A stretch of DNA of 62,627 bases, filler included, from Candidatus Babelota bacterium (GTDB taxonomy: Bacteria > JAGOBX01): assembly GCA_017999075.1 (NCBI GenBank). It is 10 parts of 10 records of this genome, joined end to end, with 100 filler letters (N's around TTAATTAATTAA, not from the genome) between each part and the next. Parts side by side here need not be neighbours in the genome. Positions count along the whole stretch, not along the records: positions 1 to 21,890 come from JAGOBX010000007.1; 9 more parts are not named here. One strand, written 5' to 3'. Made by a program: the position numbers and the translations under genes. Below the pieces are notes generated by a model that was not told where the DNA came from, ran no database searches, and saw nothing but the letters and a program-made list of their open reading frames with translations. Shown here in pieces: positions 1 to 9,403 of this stretch; position 1 is the stretch's first letter; the number at the start of each line of letters is the position of its first letter.

Positions 1-2463
1 GCCTTCAATATCCTGAATAAGATCACCGAAACTGTCGCGTAAAAATTCATTTTTATTTTTATCAAATTTAAAAGTTATGCGTTCTCCATTTTTATCCGAA
101 ATGTATTCTGATTTATAATTTATAACAGTTTCAATCATAGATAAAGGCGCCGGATCAAGTGCGCTTTCAACACGGCCTATTTTACCTACTGTTTCATCAA
201 TTTCAGGAATTGATTTTATCGCAATATTAAGTTTTTTTAAAGTATCTGCAGCTTCGCCTATTGACGCATGAGGCATAGTTGTAGGCATATATAAATATGA
301 TCCTTCGTCAAGGGACGGCATAAACTCTTTACCCAACCCTGGAAATTGGTGATTGAAAAATGACCATGCACTATTAGTTTCAACTGCTATTTCGGAAATT
401 CCTGCTTTTGTCAAAACCCATGGAATAAAATTAAATATCCTGCCGAATCCAAGCCATACAGTCATTCCGAACAGTATAATAAAAATCGGAATTGATAAAA
501 ATAATAATTTATTATTTAAGCACCATCTTAATATCGGCACATAAAATTTCTGTATGATATAAAAAATTACAAACAACGAAATACATACCAAAATTACTGC
601 TGCTGTATTTTTAATCAATCCCTTATCAGGTCCAAGCGGCATCCAATGTTTTGACAATAAAATAAATACTATAAATATTACTGAATAGTTTACAATATAG
701 TTTAATAATTTTTTAATTTTATTACTTGTATAAGATTCTAAAATATTATCTATAGACAACGCAATTATAATCAGTCCGGCCCACCAAAAAAACTTTATGC
801 ATATAATAATTCCCAGAAGTATAACACAAAAATTAAATACCCTTTTTAATACACGACTCCTTATCTTGCCAGTAAATAAAACATGTGCAAGCGGCGGAAT
901 TAAAGTGAGCGCAACAATTACTGAAGCAATAAGCGCAAATGTTTTAGTATAAGCAAGCGGTTTGAACAATTTTCCTTCCGCTCCTTCCATCATAAACACA
1001 GGCAAAAAACTAATTACAGTTGTTGAAATAGCAGCCAACAAAGCCGAACCTACTTCAGATGCTGCTCTGAAAACTACTTGTATTTTTGGTTCTTCCGGCG
1101 GGGCGGCTTCAAGATGTCTGAGAATATTTTCACAAATAATTATTCCCATATCAACTATTGTCCCGATAGCTATCGCAATTCCTGACAATGAAACAATGTT
1201 GGCATCAACTCCAAAAATTTTCATGCCGATAAAACTCATAAGCACAGCTAACGGCAATACTGCTGAAATCAGCAACGAACTTTTCAGATGCAGTACCATC
1301 AATAAAATTACAATAATCGTTATTATGATTTCTTCGGAAATCGCATTCTTAAGAGTTCCTAAAGTTTCCTGAATTAATCCGGTTCTGTCATAAAATGGAA
1401 TAATTTTAACCGAACTTACAGTGCCATCAGCCAAAGTTTTAGCAGGCAATCCCTTTTCAATCTCAGTCATTTTCAATTTTACATTTTTTATTACTTCTAA
1501 GGGGTTCGCTCCGTAACGGACGACAACTACTCCGCCTACAGCTTCGTTTCCATGTTTATCTAAAACTCCATCGCGGTATGCTGGTCCAAACGATACCTGC
1601 GCGATATCTTTAATTCTGATCGGAATATTATTATTCACCCGTACAACCGCTTTTTCAATATCTTCAAGACTTTTAATAAATCCAAGTCCTCGTATAACAT
1701 ATTCCGCTTTATTGATTTCAATAGTTCTGCCGCCAACATCAATGTTTGACATTTTTACAGCATTGTATATTTGTTCAAGCATCACATTATTTGCGTGCAT
1801 AGCATCAGGGTCAATATCAATCTGATATTCTTTTACAAATCCGCCTATTGATGCGACCTCACTCACTCCCTGTACAGATTGAAGCGAATATCGTACAAAC
1901 CAATCCTGTGTTGTACGTAATTCCTGTAAGTCCCAACCTCCGGTTGGTTTATTATTTTTATCGCGGCCTTCAAGTGTATACCAAAAAATCTGCCCCAGCG
2001 GAGTAGCATCCGGGCCAAGCGCCGGCTTTACTCCGGCTGGTAAAATACCGGCAGGAAGAGAATTTAATTTTTCAAGTATCCTTGTACGAGACCAATAAAA
2101 TTCAATATCTTCATTAAAAATCACATACACGGTTGAAAAACCAAACATAGAAAAACTGCGTATTGTTTTTACGCCCGGTATACCAAGCAGCGAAACTGTG
2201 AGCGGATAAGTTATCTGATTTTCAACATCCTGAGGAGAGCGTCCCATCCAGTCCGTAAATACTATTTGCTGATTTTCTCCTATATTAGGAATAGCATCAA
2301 CAGCTACAGGATTCCGGTTCAACCATTTTATATCCCAATCAAAAGGTGCTACAATAACACCCCATAATGTGAAAAATAAAATCAGCAGAAATACTACAAG
2401 TTTATTCTCAAGACAAAATTTTATAATTTTATCAGTAAAAGTTAGATGTTCATTTTTAAACAT
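1..2463 (-). CDS. cusA: CusA/CzcA-type heavy-metal RND efflux permease (runs off window edge)
   Basis: Absent from the ORF track because its stop lies outside the window. Manual translation from ATG 2463: MFKNEHLTFTDKIIKFCLENKLVV, then VDAIPNIGENQQIVFTDW, GPDATPLGQIFWY, GKLFKPLAYTKTFA and FMPSLDEGS motifs. Follows cusB. Confidence 0.93.
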   Translation of the reverse strand, partial: MFKNEHLTFTDKIIKFCLENKLVVFLLILFFTLWGVIVAPFDWDIKWLNRNPVAVDAIPNIGENQQIVFTDWMGRSPQDVENQITYPLTVSLLGIPGVKTIRSFSMFGFSTVYVIFNEDIEFYWSRTRILEKLNSLPAGILPAGVKPALGPDATPLGQIFWYTLEGRDKNNKPTGGWDLQELRTTQDWFVRYSLQSVQGVSEVASIGGFVKEYQIDIDPDAMHANNVMLEQIYNAVKMSNIDVGGRTIEINKAEYVIRGLGFIKSLEDIEKAVVRVNNNIPIRIKDIAQVSFGPAYRDGVLDKHGNEAVGGVVVVRYGANPLEVIKNVKLKMTEIEKGLPAKTLADGTVSSVKIIPFYDRTGLIQETLGTLKNAISEEIIITIIVILLMVLHLKSSLLISAVLPLAVLMSFIGMKIFGVDANIVSLSGIAIAIGTIVDMGIIICENILRHLEAAPPEEPKIQVVFRAASEVGSALLAAISTTVISFLPVFMMEGAEGKLFKPLAYTKTFALIASVIVALTLIPPLAHVLFTGKIRSRVLKRVFNFCVILLGIIICIKFFWWAGLIIIALSIDNILESYTSNKIKKLLNYIVNYSVIFIVFILLSKHWMPLGPDKGLIKNTAAVILVCISLFVIFYIIQKFYVPILRWCLNNKLLFLSIPIFIILFGMTVWLGFGRIFNFIPWVLTKAGISEIAVETNSAWSFFNHQFPGLGKEFMPSLDEGSYLYMPTTMPHASIGEAADTLKKLNIAIKSIPEIDETVGKIGRVESALDPAPLSMIETVINYKSEYISDKNGERITFKFDKNKNEFLRDSFGDLIQDIEG

Positions 2464-2566
2464 AACTCACCAATTTAAAAAAAATAAGAATTATAAATCA
2501 TTTTATAATTCAATCACTTTTTATAAAAAATATTTATCTAAAATTATTAAATATTATTAGGAAAAA

Positions 2567-4420
2567 CTATTTTTTTATTTCACCGCAGCTTTCCATCGCT
2601 TTTCCTAAATATGGATTTTTTATACTAACATTATTCTGCAGCCATTCCGCGCCTTTACCGTCAAATGCCATTGGGCAGTAAACCTTGTAATAATCGGTAA
2701 TATTATAGTATCCGGTTTCTTTTTCAAGTTTGATAAACAATTGCGATAAATTTTTGAAACCTGTCCTTAACCCTTCAATATTTTCAGCCGAAGATAATTT
2801 TGCTATTGTATGATTAAAGTCTTCAAAAATTTGTGTAAAATTATTATATAATTCTGATTTATTTTTTTTTATTAAATTTATTTCAACCGCTAATTTTTTT
2901 ATTTCAGCAATACTTTGTTTGATATTATCCGCAGCTAACTGTTCCTGTAATTTGAAATAAATTTTAAAAATCGAATTCAGTTCATTTTGATTTTCATGTT
3001 TTAAAACATTTTTTTTATTTATCGACTGTTCTTGCTTTTGATGAGCAGTTTCAATTGATGCAACGCCAGATTTCCCAGATAATTTTGTATGTCCGCTGTT
3101 GTCAACCGATTTAATTCCTCCGTCTTTATTCATCATACTAGGTTTAGCCTGTATCTGCATTGCGCTGTCAATCTTGAAATTTCCGTTTGTAACTACTTTC
3201 TCTCCCTCGCGCAAACCTGAAATTACAGAATAATAATTGCCTGCTTTACGGCCCAGTACAACTTCCCTGCCTTCATAAACAGGCTTTTCATTATTAAAAA
3301 GTTCAACATAAACTACTGCTCTGTTTCCTGTTATTAGCGGCGCTGAAGCCGGAATTACAAGCTCTTTTTCCTGATGGCTGTTTGATTTTACAATTGCGCG
3401 GACAAACATTTCAGGTTTTAATTTTCCCGCGATGTTATCAATATCAACCCTTATTTTAGCAGTACGTGCCATTGGGTCTATAACAGGGTCAACGAATGAA
3501 ATTATTCCTTTAAATTTTTCGCCCGGATACGCTTCAGTAGTAAATTCCATACGCTGCCCTTTTTTCACAAAATTCAAATCAGATTCATAAACATCGCATA
3601 ACGCCCACAATTTTGTCAGATCAGCTATCTCATATAAAGCCATACCAGCTTCAACATACATTCCTTCAGTCGCATTACGTTTTATTACTACTCCAGACAC
3701 AGGAGATATAACTTTAAAATGAGTTTCAGCTGCTCCTCTTATTTCAATATCCTTAATCATAGCATCGGATAATCCAAGCAGTTTAAGTTTTTCACGCGCA
3801 GCACCTGCTAAATCAAGATTAATTTTATTCCCGTCGTTAGGACCTGATTTTCCATATTTTGCATTTTCTGAAAGTTTCAGCGATTCGATAAATTCCACCT
3901 GCGCCGCATATAATTCAGGGCTATAAATTAGAGCAAGCGGATCGCCCTTTTTTACAGACTCTCCTGTAAAATTTATATAAATTTTTTCAAGTCTCCCTGA
4001 TATCCAGGCTGATATCACTTTAAATAAAGTCTCATTATAATTTATTTTTCCAGTAACCCTCATTTCATAATCTATATTCCTGCGTTTAACCGTATCAGTC
4101 ATAATTTCAGCTAATTTTACTGCAGATTCAGAAAAACTTATCTGATTCAATCCAACTTCTATATCGTCAGAATGCGCCAAGATCAATTCCATTCCACAAA
4201 TCGGGCATTTGCCAGGAGTATTGCGTTTTATCTGAGGATGCATAGAGCAAGTCCATATTTGTCCGTTCTTGTTTTTTCCATCAGTATGGTTTAGATGTTC
4301 AGCTTTTTCAATTTTACCTGAATGCTTATTAGCCGCATCGTTGCCGGGAAAAATTTTGATAACCGCAACAATAATAATTACCGACGCAAAAAATAAAAAC
4401 ATTTTTTTTAACGTCTTCAT
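2567..4420 (-). CDS. cusB: CusB-type RND periplasmic adaptor with N-terminal heavy-metal-binding domain and C-terminal DUF3347-like domain
   Basis: WTCSMHPQI..PGKCPICGMEL, membrane-fusion core (YSPEL, LKPEMF), C-terminal YCPMAF..GAEWLQ..NPYLG..M..CG. ATG 4420 has AGGAG upstream; ORF track starts at TTG 4453. Confidence 0.9.
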   Translation of the reverse strand: MKTLKKMFLFFASVIIIVAVIKIFPGNDAANKHSGKIEKAEHLNHTDGKNKNGQIWTCSMHPQIKRNTPGKCPICGMELILAHSDDIEVGLNQISFSESAVKLAEIMTDTVKRRNIDYEMRVTGKINYNETLFKVISAWISGRLEKIYINFTGESVKKGDPLALIYSPELYAAQVEFIESLKLSENAKYGKSGPNDGNKINLDLAGAAREKLKLLGLSDAMIKDIEIRGAAETHFKVISPVSGVVIKRNATEGMYVEAGMALYEIADLTKLWALCDVYESDLNFVKKGQRMEFTTEAYPGEKFKGIISFVDPVIDPMARTAKIRVDIDNIAGKLKPEMFVRAIVKSNSHQEKELVIPASAPLITGNRAVVYVELFNNEKPVYEGREVVLGRKAGNYYSVISGLREGEKVVTNGNFKIDSAMQIQAKPSMMNKDGGIKSVDNSGHTKLSGKSGVASIETAHQKQEQSINKKNVLKHENQNELNSIFKIYFKLQEQLAADNIKQSIAEIKKLAVEINLIKKNKSELYNNFTQIFEDFNHTIAKLSSAENIEGLRTGFKNLSQLFIKLEKETGYYNITDYYKVYCPMAFDGKGAEWLQNNVSIKNPYLGKAMESCGEIKK

Positions 4421-4458
4421 AAATTGACTCCTTGCTCCAAAATTATTAATCAATTTTA

Positions 4459-5757
4459 TTAATTCCCAAGAAGCATTTCAATTTCTGCAAGCATTTTATT
4501 ATATTCAGTTTTCATCTGCTCAAACATAATATTAAACTCAAGGTATATTTTAAAATTTTCAATTAAATCTTTAAAATCAGCTTTATTGGTTATATAATCA
4601 TTTTTTATAATTTCTATAGCCTGCTGACTTTTGGGAATAATGGAATCCTGGTATAATTTAATTTTTTTCTCTGAAATTGCAAGGTTGGAAACTGCATTTT
4701 TCAATTGTGAAAGCAATTCATTGGAAATATCTAATCTTTCCGCTTCCAATGCTTCTTTCATATTTTTACGTTCGTCAACCATAGCTGAAAGTTTTTTTCT
4801 CCAAACCGGAAGTTTTATTGAAAACATTAACGTCAATGTATTTTCAGTCTGATCTGCAGAAAGCATTTCTCCATCTTCTTCAGCTTTCATTGTTTCATAT
4901 TCAAGCCCTGCCATTAAATCGGGAACATATTCTTTATTTGCAAGCTCAATCTTTGCAGATGCAGATTCAATTTTAAAATAATAGGCTTTTATTTCAGGAT
5001 TAGATTCCAATACCATTTTCTGCATTTCTTCCTCAGAATAATTAATTTTATTTACATCCAATGTTATGGGTAAAATTATTGATTCAGAATCATTCCGGTT
5101 AAGCAGCTTGTTGAATTTATAAACTAATGGTTTCAACATTTCTCCATACACTTCGAAATCATTGCTAAGTTCGTCAATCTGAATCTGTATTTGAATTAAA
5201 TCAGCGTAATTGCTTTTAGCAGTCTTATATTTAGCAGATAAAACAGCTGCTATGCTTTTTAATAATTCTATATTTTCAAAAGTTAATTTCCGCTGTTTGA
5301 TTAAATAATATATGTCAAAATATATGTTTTTAATTTGAAATATCAGTTTTCTTTTTTCTGTTTCCAACATTTGTAAAAATTCATCAGCTTTAAATTCTGT
5401 AATTTTTTTTTCAAGTTTTAGTTTTGAAGTAAGGGGAAATTCCTGTGATAGCAAAAACTTATGTTTGCGCTGGTCAATGTCGGAAATATTGTAATTATAA
5501 GAAAATACAGGATCCATAAGAATACCTGAAGATGTTATCTCTGCACGCGCTGCTTTTAATTCTGAAACAAGCTTAATTATTTTAAAATTATTTTTTAAAG
5601 CAATATTTTTATAATCTTCCAGCAGTTCTCTCTGATTATTAATATCGCTTAACTTGACAAAAATATTGTTCTCGCATTTGCCTGCATCCGGCATTATTAT
5701 AATCATAATTATAATAAAAAATATTAAAAATATAATTTTGTGAAAATATTTTCGCAT
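4459..5757 (-). CDS. TolC-family outer membrane efflux protein (CusC-like)
   Basis: Signal peptide, two OEP-like helical repeats (SQEFP, YVPDL, IKLPVW), directly upstream of cusB-cusA. Confidence 0.85.
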   Translation of the reverse strand: MRKYFHKIIFLIFFIIIMIIIMPDAGKCENNIFVKLSDINNQRELLEDYKNIALKNNFKIIKLVSELKAARAEITSSGILMDPVFSYNYNISDIDQRKHKFLLSQEFPLTSKLKLEKKITEFKADEFLQMLETEKRKLIFQIKNIYFDIYYLIKQRKLTFENIELLKSIAAVLSAKYKTAKSNYADLIQIQIQIDELSNDFEVYGEMLKPLVYKFNKLLNRNDSESIILPITLDVNKINYSEEEMQKMVLESNPEIKAYYFKIESASAKIELANKEYVPDLMAGLEYETMKAEEDGEMLSADQTENTLTLMFSIKLPVWRKKLSAMVDERKNMKEALEAERLDISNELLSQLKNAVSNLAISEKKIKLYQDSIIPKSQQAIEIIKNDYITNKADFKDLIENFKIYLEFNIMFEQMKTEYNKMLAEIEMLLGN

Positions 5758-5758
5758 A

Positions 5759-6109
5759 TCAAATATTTACTCCTATTTTTTTCAGTATAAATATTTGTAA
5801 ATAATATAATGCTGTCATAACAATTAAAGATAAAAATAACGAAAAATAAAAATTAATTTTAAACTTTAAAAATAACGGCAAAACTAAAAAAAAACTCAGA
5901 GAAGGTATTACCAGCCAGAATATGCTGTAAGACAATTTCGATATTTTATCAATGTCTTTGGTTTCAATATACATCCATATTATTGCCAGCAATGATACAA
6001 GAGGTAATGAAGCCAAAGTTCCTCCGATTAAGCTTGAACGTTTTGAAATTTCAGAGATTGTAGCTATCATTAAAGCTGATAATAAAATTTTAAATATTAA
6101 ATAATACAT
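5759..6109 (-). CDS. DUF3147-like 4-TM membrane protein
   Basis: ISEISKRS..GG.LASLPLVSLLAIIW signature; 1 nt from the tolC-like start. Confidence 0.75.
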   Translation of the reverse strand: MYYLIFKILLSALMIATISEISKRSSLIGGTLASLPLVSLLAIIWMYIETKDIDKISKLSYSIFWLVIPSLSFFLVLPLFLKFKINFYFSLFLSLIVMTALYYLQIFILKKIGVNI

Positions 6110-6121
6110 AAATATTAATTC

Positions 6122-6538
6122 CTAATTTTTCAATTTTAGTTTCATTCCGCATTTAACGCATTTGCCAGGTTTATCTGAAATTATTTCCGGATGCATCGGA
6201 CAAGCATAAATAGTTTTTTCTTTTTTTCCGGATTCGATCGGCTTGTATGCTTTTTGATAATATTTATCGAAATCTTTACTTACTGTTTTTAAACAATATT
6301 CGCAGCATACATATACTTTTCTATTATTTTTTTCAATATATAATTTTTTATCAACAGCTCCTCCCATTACAGGACATGTATCATTTATATTCATAACATC
6401 AGTATCTGCAATCAATTCTGTTTTTTTAATATCATTTTTTTTTTTCATAAGATTGTTTTTATCCTCAGAAATTACTTCTGATGTTAAAATAATTGAAAAA
6501 TAAAAGATAAAAATCATGATAAAAAATAAATTTTTCAT
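6122..6538 (-). CDS. Exported small metal-binding protein (YHS/TRASH-like plus heavy-metal-binding domain)
   Basis: Signal peptide, CPVMGG...VYVCCEYC, and YACPMHPEI..KPGKCVKCGMKL. Confidence 0.8.
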   Translation of the reverse strand: MKNLFFIMIFIFYFSIILTSEVISEDKNNLMKKKNDIKKTELIADTDVMNINDTCPVMGGAVDKKLYIEKNNRKVYVCCEYCLKTVSKDFDKYYQKAYKPIESGKKEKTIYACPMHPEIISDKPGKCVKCGMKLKLKN

Positions 6539-6568
6539 AGGACATTCCTTCCTTATTCATAAATTTCG

Positions 6569-6607
6569 CAAGAAAAACGCAAAATGTTTTATTTCACGTT
6601 TTTCTTG
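6569..6607 (-). terminator. Hairpin downstream of metY (probable terminator)
   Basis: Inverted repeat CAAGAAAAACG...CGTTTTTCTTG between the metY stop and the cus operon. Confidence 0.45.
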
Positions 6608-6617
6608 ATATTAGAAT

Positions 6618-7922
6618 TTAAACTTTTTCAAGAGACTGCTTTAAATCTTTTATTATATCATCAATATGCTCTATCCCTATTGATAATCTTATTAAATCAG
6701 GTGTTATTCCTCCACGTTCCTGATCCTCATCGCTCAGTTGAGAATGTGTTGTGGTCGACGGATGGATAGCTAAGCTTTTCGCATCGCCTACATTCGCAAG
6801 ATGCGAAAATAGTTTCAGGTTTTCTATAAACTTCTGACCTTCAGGTTTTCCTCCTTTTATTCCGAATACTACCATCCCTCCAAAACCGCGTTTTAAATAT
6901 TTTTTTGCCGTTCCGCAATTTGAATCTGAACATCCTATAATTCCAGGATATTTTACCCATTTGACTTTAGGATGACTGTTTAAAAATTCAGCAGCTTTCA
7001 GTGCATTTTCAGAATGACGTTCCATCCGAAGCGCTAATGTTTCGATTCCTTGCAGAAACATCCAAGAATTATCTGGGGATATGCATGCGCCAAGGTTTCT
7101 TAAAGGAACCAGCCTCATTCTCAGTATAAATGCAAGCGGTGATAGAAGTCCTAAATCATGTGCATATTTCAATCCATGATAACTTGAATCAGGTTCGTTA
7201 TATAATTTAAACTTTGGATTCTTCCAATTAAATTTTCCGGAATCCACCACAATTCCTCCTATTGCAGTTCCATGACCTCCTATCCATTTAGTTAATGAAT
7301 GTACTACTATATCAGCTCCGAATTCAATAGGACGAATAAGATAAGGTGTAGTAAACGTGGAATCCACTATTAACGGAAGTTCATATTTATGCGCTATTTC
7401 AGCAATTTTTTCTATATCAGGAACTTCCAATCCTGGATTTCCTATTGTTTCAATAAAAACTGCACGAGTCTTATCTGTTATAGCTCTATCAAATTCTTCA
7501 GGATTAGCAGGATTTACAAATTTTGTTTTTATTCCGAATTGAGGAAGTATATCATTGAACATAGTATACGTTCCTCCGTATAAATTGTTTGCAGATACAA
7601 TTTCTTCTCCTGCAGACAATATATTTATAATAGAATAATATATTGCGGAGGTACCTGATGCAAGAGCAAGTGCTGCGGCTCCGCCTTCAAGCGCTGCAAT
7701 CCTTTTTTCAAGTATATCTGTTGTAGGATTCATAAGTCTTGTATAAATATTTCCTAATTCTTTTAAAGCAAAAAGGTTTGAAGCGTGTTCCGTATTTTTA
7801 AAAACATACGAACTTGTTCTGTAAACAGGAACTCCTCTTGACAAAGTATCAGAGTCAATCTTGTGTCCATAATGCAAAGCATTAGTTTCAAATTTTAAAT
7901 TTTCTAAATTTAATTCTGTCAT
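6618..7922 (-). CDS. metY: O-acetylhomoserine aminocarboxypropyltransferase (sulfhydrylase)
   Basis: GNIYTRLMNPT, PLP lysine in HSLTKWIGGHG, HLANVGDAKSLAIHP. ATG 7922 follows GAGGTG; ORF track starts at 7931. Confidence 0.92.
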   Translation of the reverse strand: MTELNLENLKFETNALHYGHKIDSDTLSRGVPVYRTSSYVFKNTEHASNLFALKELGNIYTRLMNPTTDILEKRIAALEGGAAALALASGTSAIYYSIINILSAGEEIVSANNLYGGTYTMFNDILPQFGIKTKFVNPANPEEFDRAITDKTRAVFIETIGNPGLEVPDIEKIAEIAHKYELPLIVDSTFTTPYLIRPIEFGADIVVHSLTKWIGGHGTAIGGIVVDSGKFNWKNPKFKLYNEPDSSYHGLKYAHDLGLLSPLAFILRMRLVPLRNLGACISPDNSWMFLQGIETLALRMERHSENALKAAEFLNSHPKVKWVKYPGIIGCSDSNCGTAKKYLKRGFGGMVVFGIKGGKPEGQKFIENLKLFSHLANVGDAKSLAIHPSTTTHSQLSDEDQERGGITPDLIRLSIGIEHIDDIIKDLKQSLEKV

Positions 7923-8032
7923 TTGTATCACCTCTTTATTGTTTTAATATATGCTATGTACAAAATGTGTTCTCTATTTTTTACATATCACATTTTTTTA
8001 ATATATATAATTTAATGACGCCTATTTTGCTT

Positions 8033-8956
8033 CTATTCTTCTTCAAACAGCCATGTGCTTAAATATCTTTCTCCAGTGTCAGGCAAAATAACTACTATAA
8101 TTTTTCCTTTATTTTCAGTTCTTTTTGCCAATTCTAAAGCTCCTGCCATAGCTGCTCCTCCTGATATTCCGGTTAATATACCTTCTTTTTTAGCAAGTAT
8201 CCTTGCAGTTTTACCAGCCTGTTCTTCATTTATTTTTATAATTTCATCTATTATTTTAGCGTTTAATACTGCTGGAACAAATCCGGCTCCTATCCCCTGA
8301 ATCTTATGAGGACCAGGGGTTCCTCCTGATAAAACAGGAGATTTTTCAGGTTCTATGGCCACAGTATAAATTTTTTTTCTTTTCTTTATGGTTTCTGAAA
8401 TTCCTGTTATTGTTCCTCCTGTTCCGACTCCTGCCACCAATATATCTATCCTGCCTTCAGTATCTGCCCATATTTCTTCGGCAGTAGTTTTTCTATGGAT
8501 TTCAGGATTTGCAGGATTATCAAACTGCTGGGGAATAAAAGAATTTTTAATTTCCTTATGCAATTCTTCCGCTTTTTGAATTGCACCTTTCATTCCTTTT
8601 TCTCCAGGAGTCAACACAAGTTCAGCGCCGAATATTTTTAAAAGCTTTCTTCTTTCTATACTCATAGTTTCCGGCATGGTTAATATTAATTTATAACCTT
8701 TTACTGCGCAAATATAGGCAAACCCTATTCCGGTGTTTCCGCTTGTAGGTTCAATTATCGTGGTGTGACTGTTCAGTATTCCTTTTTTTTCCGCATCTTC
8801 AATCATAGCAAGCGCTATACGATCTTTTACACTTGATAACGGATTGAAGAATTCAAGCTTTACGAAAATATCGGCAGGCAGATTTTCAGTCAACCGGTTA
8901 ATTCTCACAAGCGGTGTTTTTCCAATAAGTTCTGTTATATTTTTTGCTACTTTCAT
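8033..8956 (-). CDS. cysK: Cysteine synthase A
   Basis: [50 protein letters not shown]. Confidence 0.96.
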   Translation of the reverse strand: MKVAKNITELIGKTPLVRINRLTENLPADIFVKLEFFNPLSSVKDRIALAMIEDAEKKGILNSHTTIIEPTSGNTGIGFAYICAVKGYKLILTMPETMSIERRKLLKIFGAELVLTPGEKGMKGAIQKAEELHKEIKNSFIPQQFDNPANPEIHRKTTAEEIWADTEGRIDILVAGVGTGGTITGISETIKKRKKIYTVAIEPEKSPVLSGGTPGPHKIQGIGAGFVPAVLNAKIIDEIIKINEEQAGKTARILAKKEGILTGISGGAAMAGALELAKRTENKGKIIVVILPDTGERYLSTWLFEEE

Positions 8957-8996
8957 ATAAGCACCTCCAAAACACTACAATTTCTATGGTTTTAGT

Positions 8997-9025
8997 AGTA
9001 TATATAAGTTGTATTTTTTTGTCAA
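8997..9025 (-). promoter_or_regulatory. Sigma70 promoter of cysK-metY
   Basis: Minus strand TTGACA-N17-TATACT about 40 nt upstream of cysK. Confidence 0.7.
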
Positions 9026-9046
9026 TAGTTTTTTTTAATTTTTTAT

Positions 9047-9295
9047 TTATTCTTTTTCAACAATGTTTGATGCGCGTAAAATTGATTCATTATTTTTAAT
9101 TTCAAATATTACTGTTTGATTTTGTTTTAAAGTTTTGAACTTCCCTGCACCTTTGTATTTAATATCTGAATAATGAAAAAAAATAGGTTCTGAATAATCA
9201 GAATTATCTATTGGAATAATATAGCCGAATCCTTTAATATTATCAAAGGATAATATTTTTCCGGTAAGCAATATTTTTTTTTTTGAAATAATCAT
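9047..9295 (-). CDS. Cold-shock domain protein
   Basis: KGFGYI (RNP1), IFFHYSDI (RNP2), FKTLKQNQTVIFE. Confidence 0.8.
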   Translation of the reverse strand: MIISKKKILLTGKILSFDNIKGFGYIIPIDNSDYSEPIFFHYSDIKYKGAGKFKTLKQNQTVIFEIKNNESILRASNIVEKE

Positions 9296-9403
9296 ATATA
9301 ATACAATAATAATATAATTCTAAAAATATTTGCAAGAATATATTTTTAAGAAAAAGTTGTATTTTTAATTTATCAATTTTTTAACGGAGTTAATTAAATA
9401 ATT

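Noticed and set aside
353-2560. Plus-strand ORFs 353-544, 962-1372, 2369-2560 and similar short antisense ORFs throughout
   Set aside because: Shadows of well-supported genes on the opposite strand or in another frame.
6122-8956. cysK-metY co-transcribed with the cus operon
   Set aside because: A strong hairpin at 6569-6607 separates them; shared orientation alone is insufficient.
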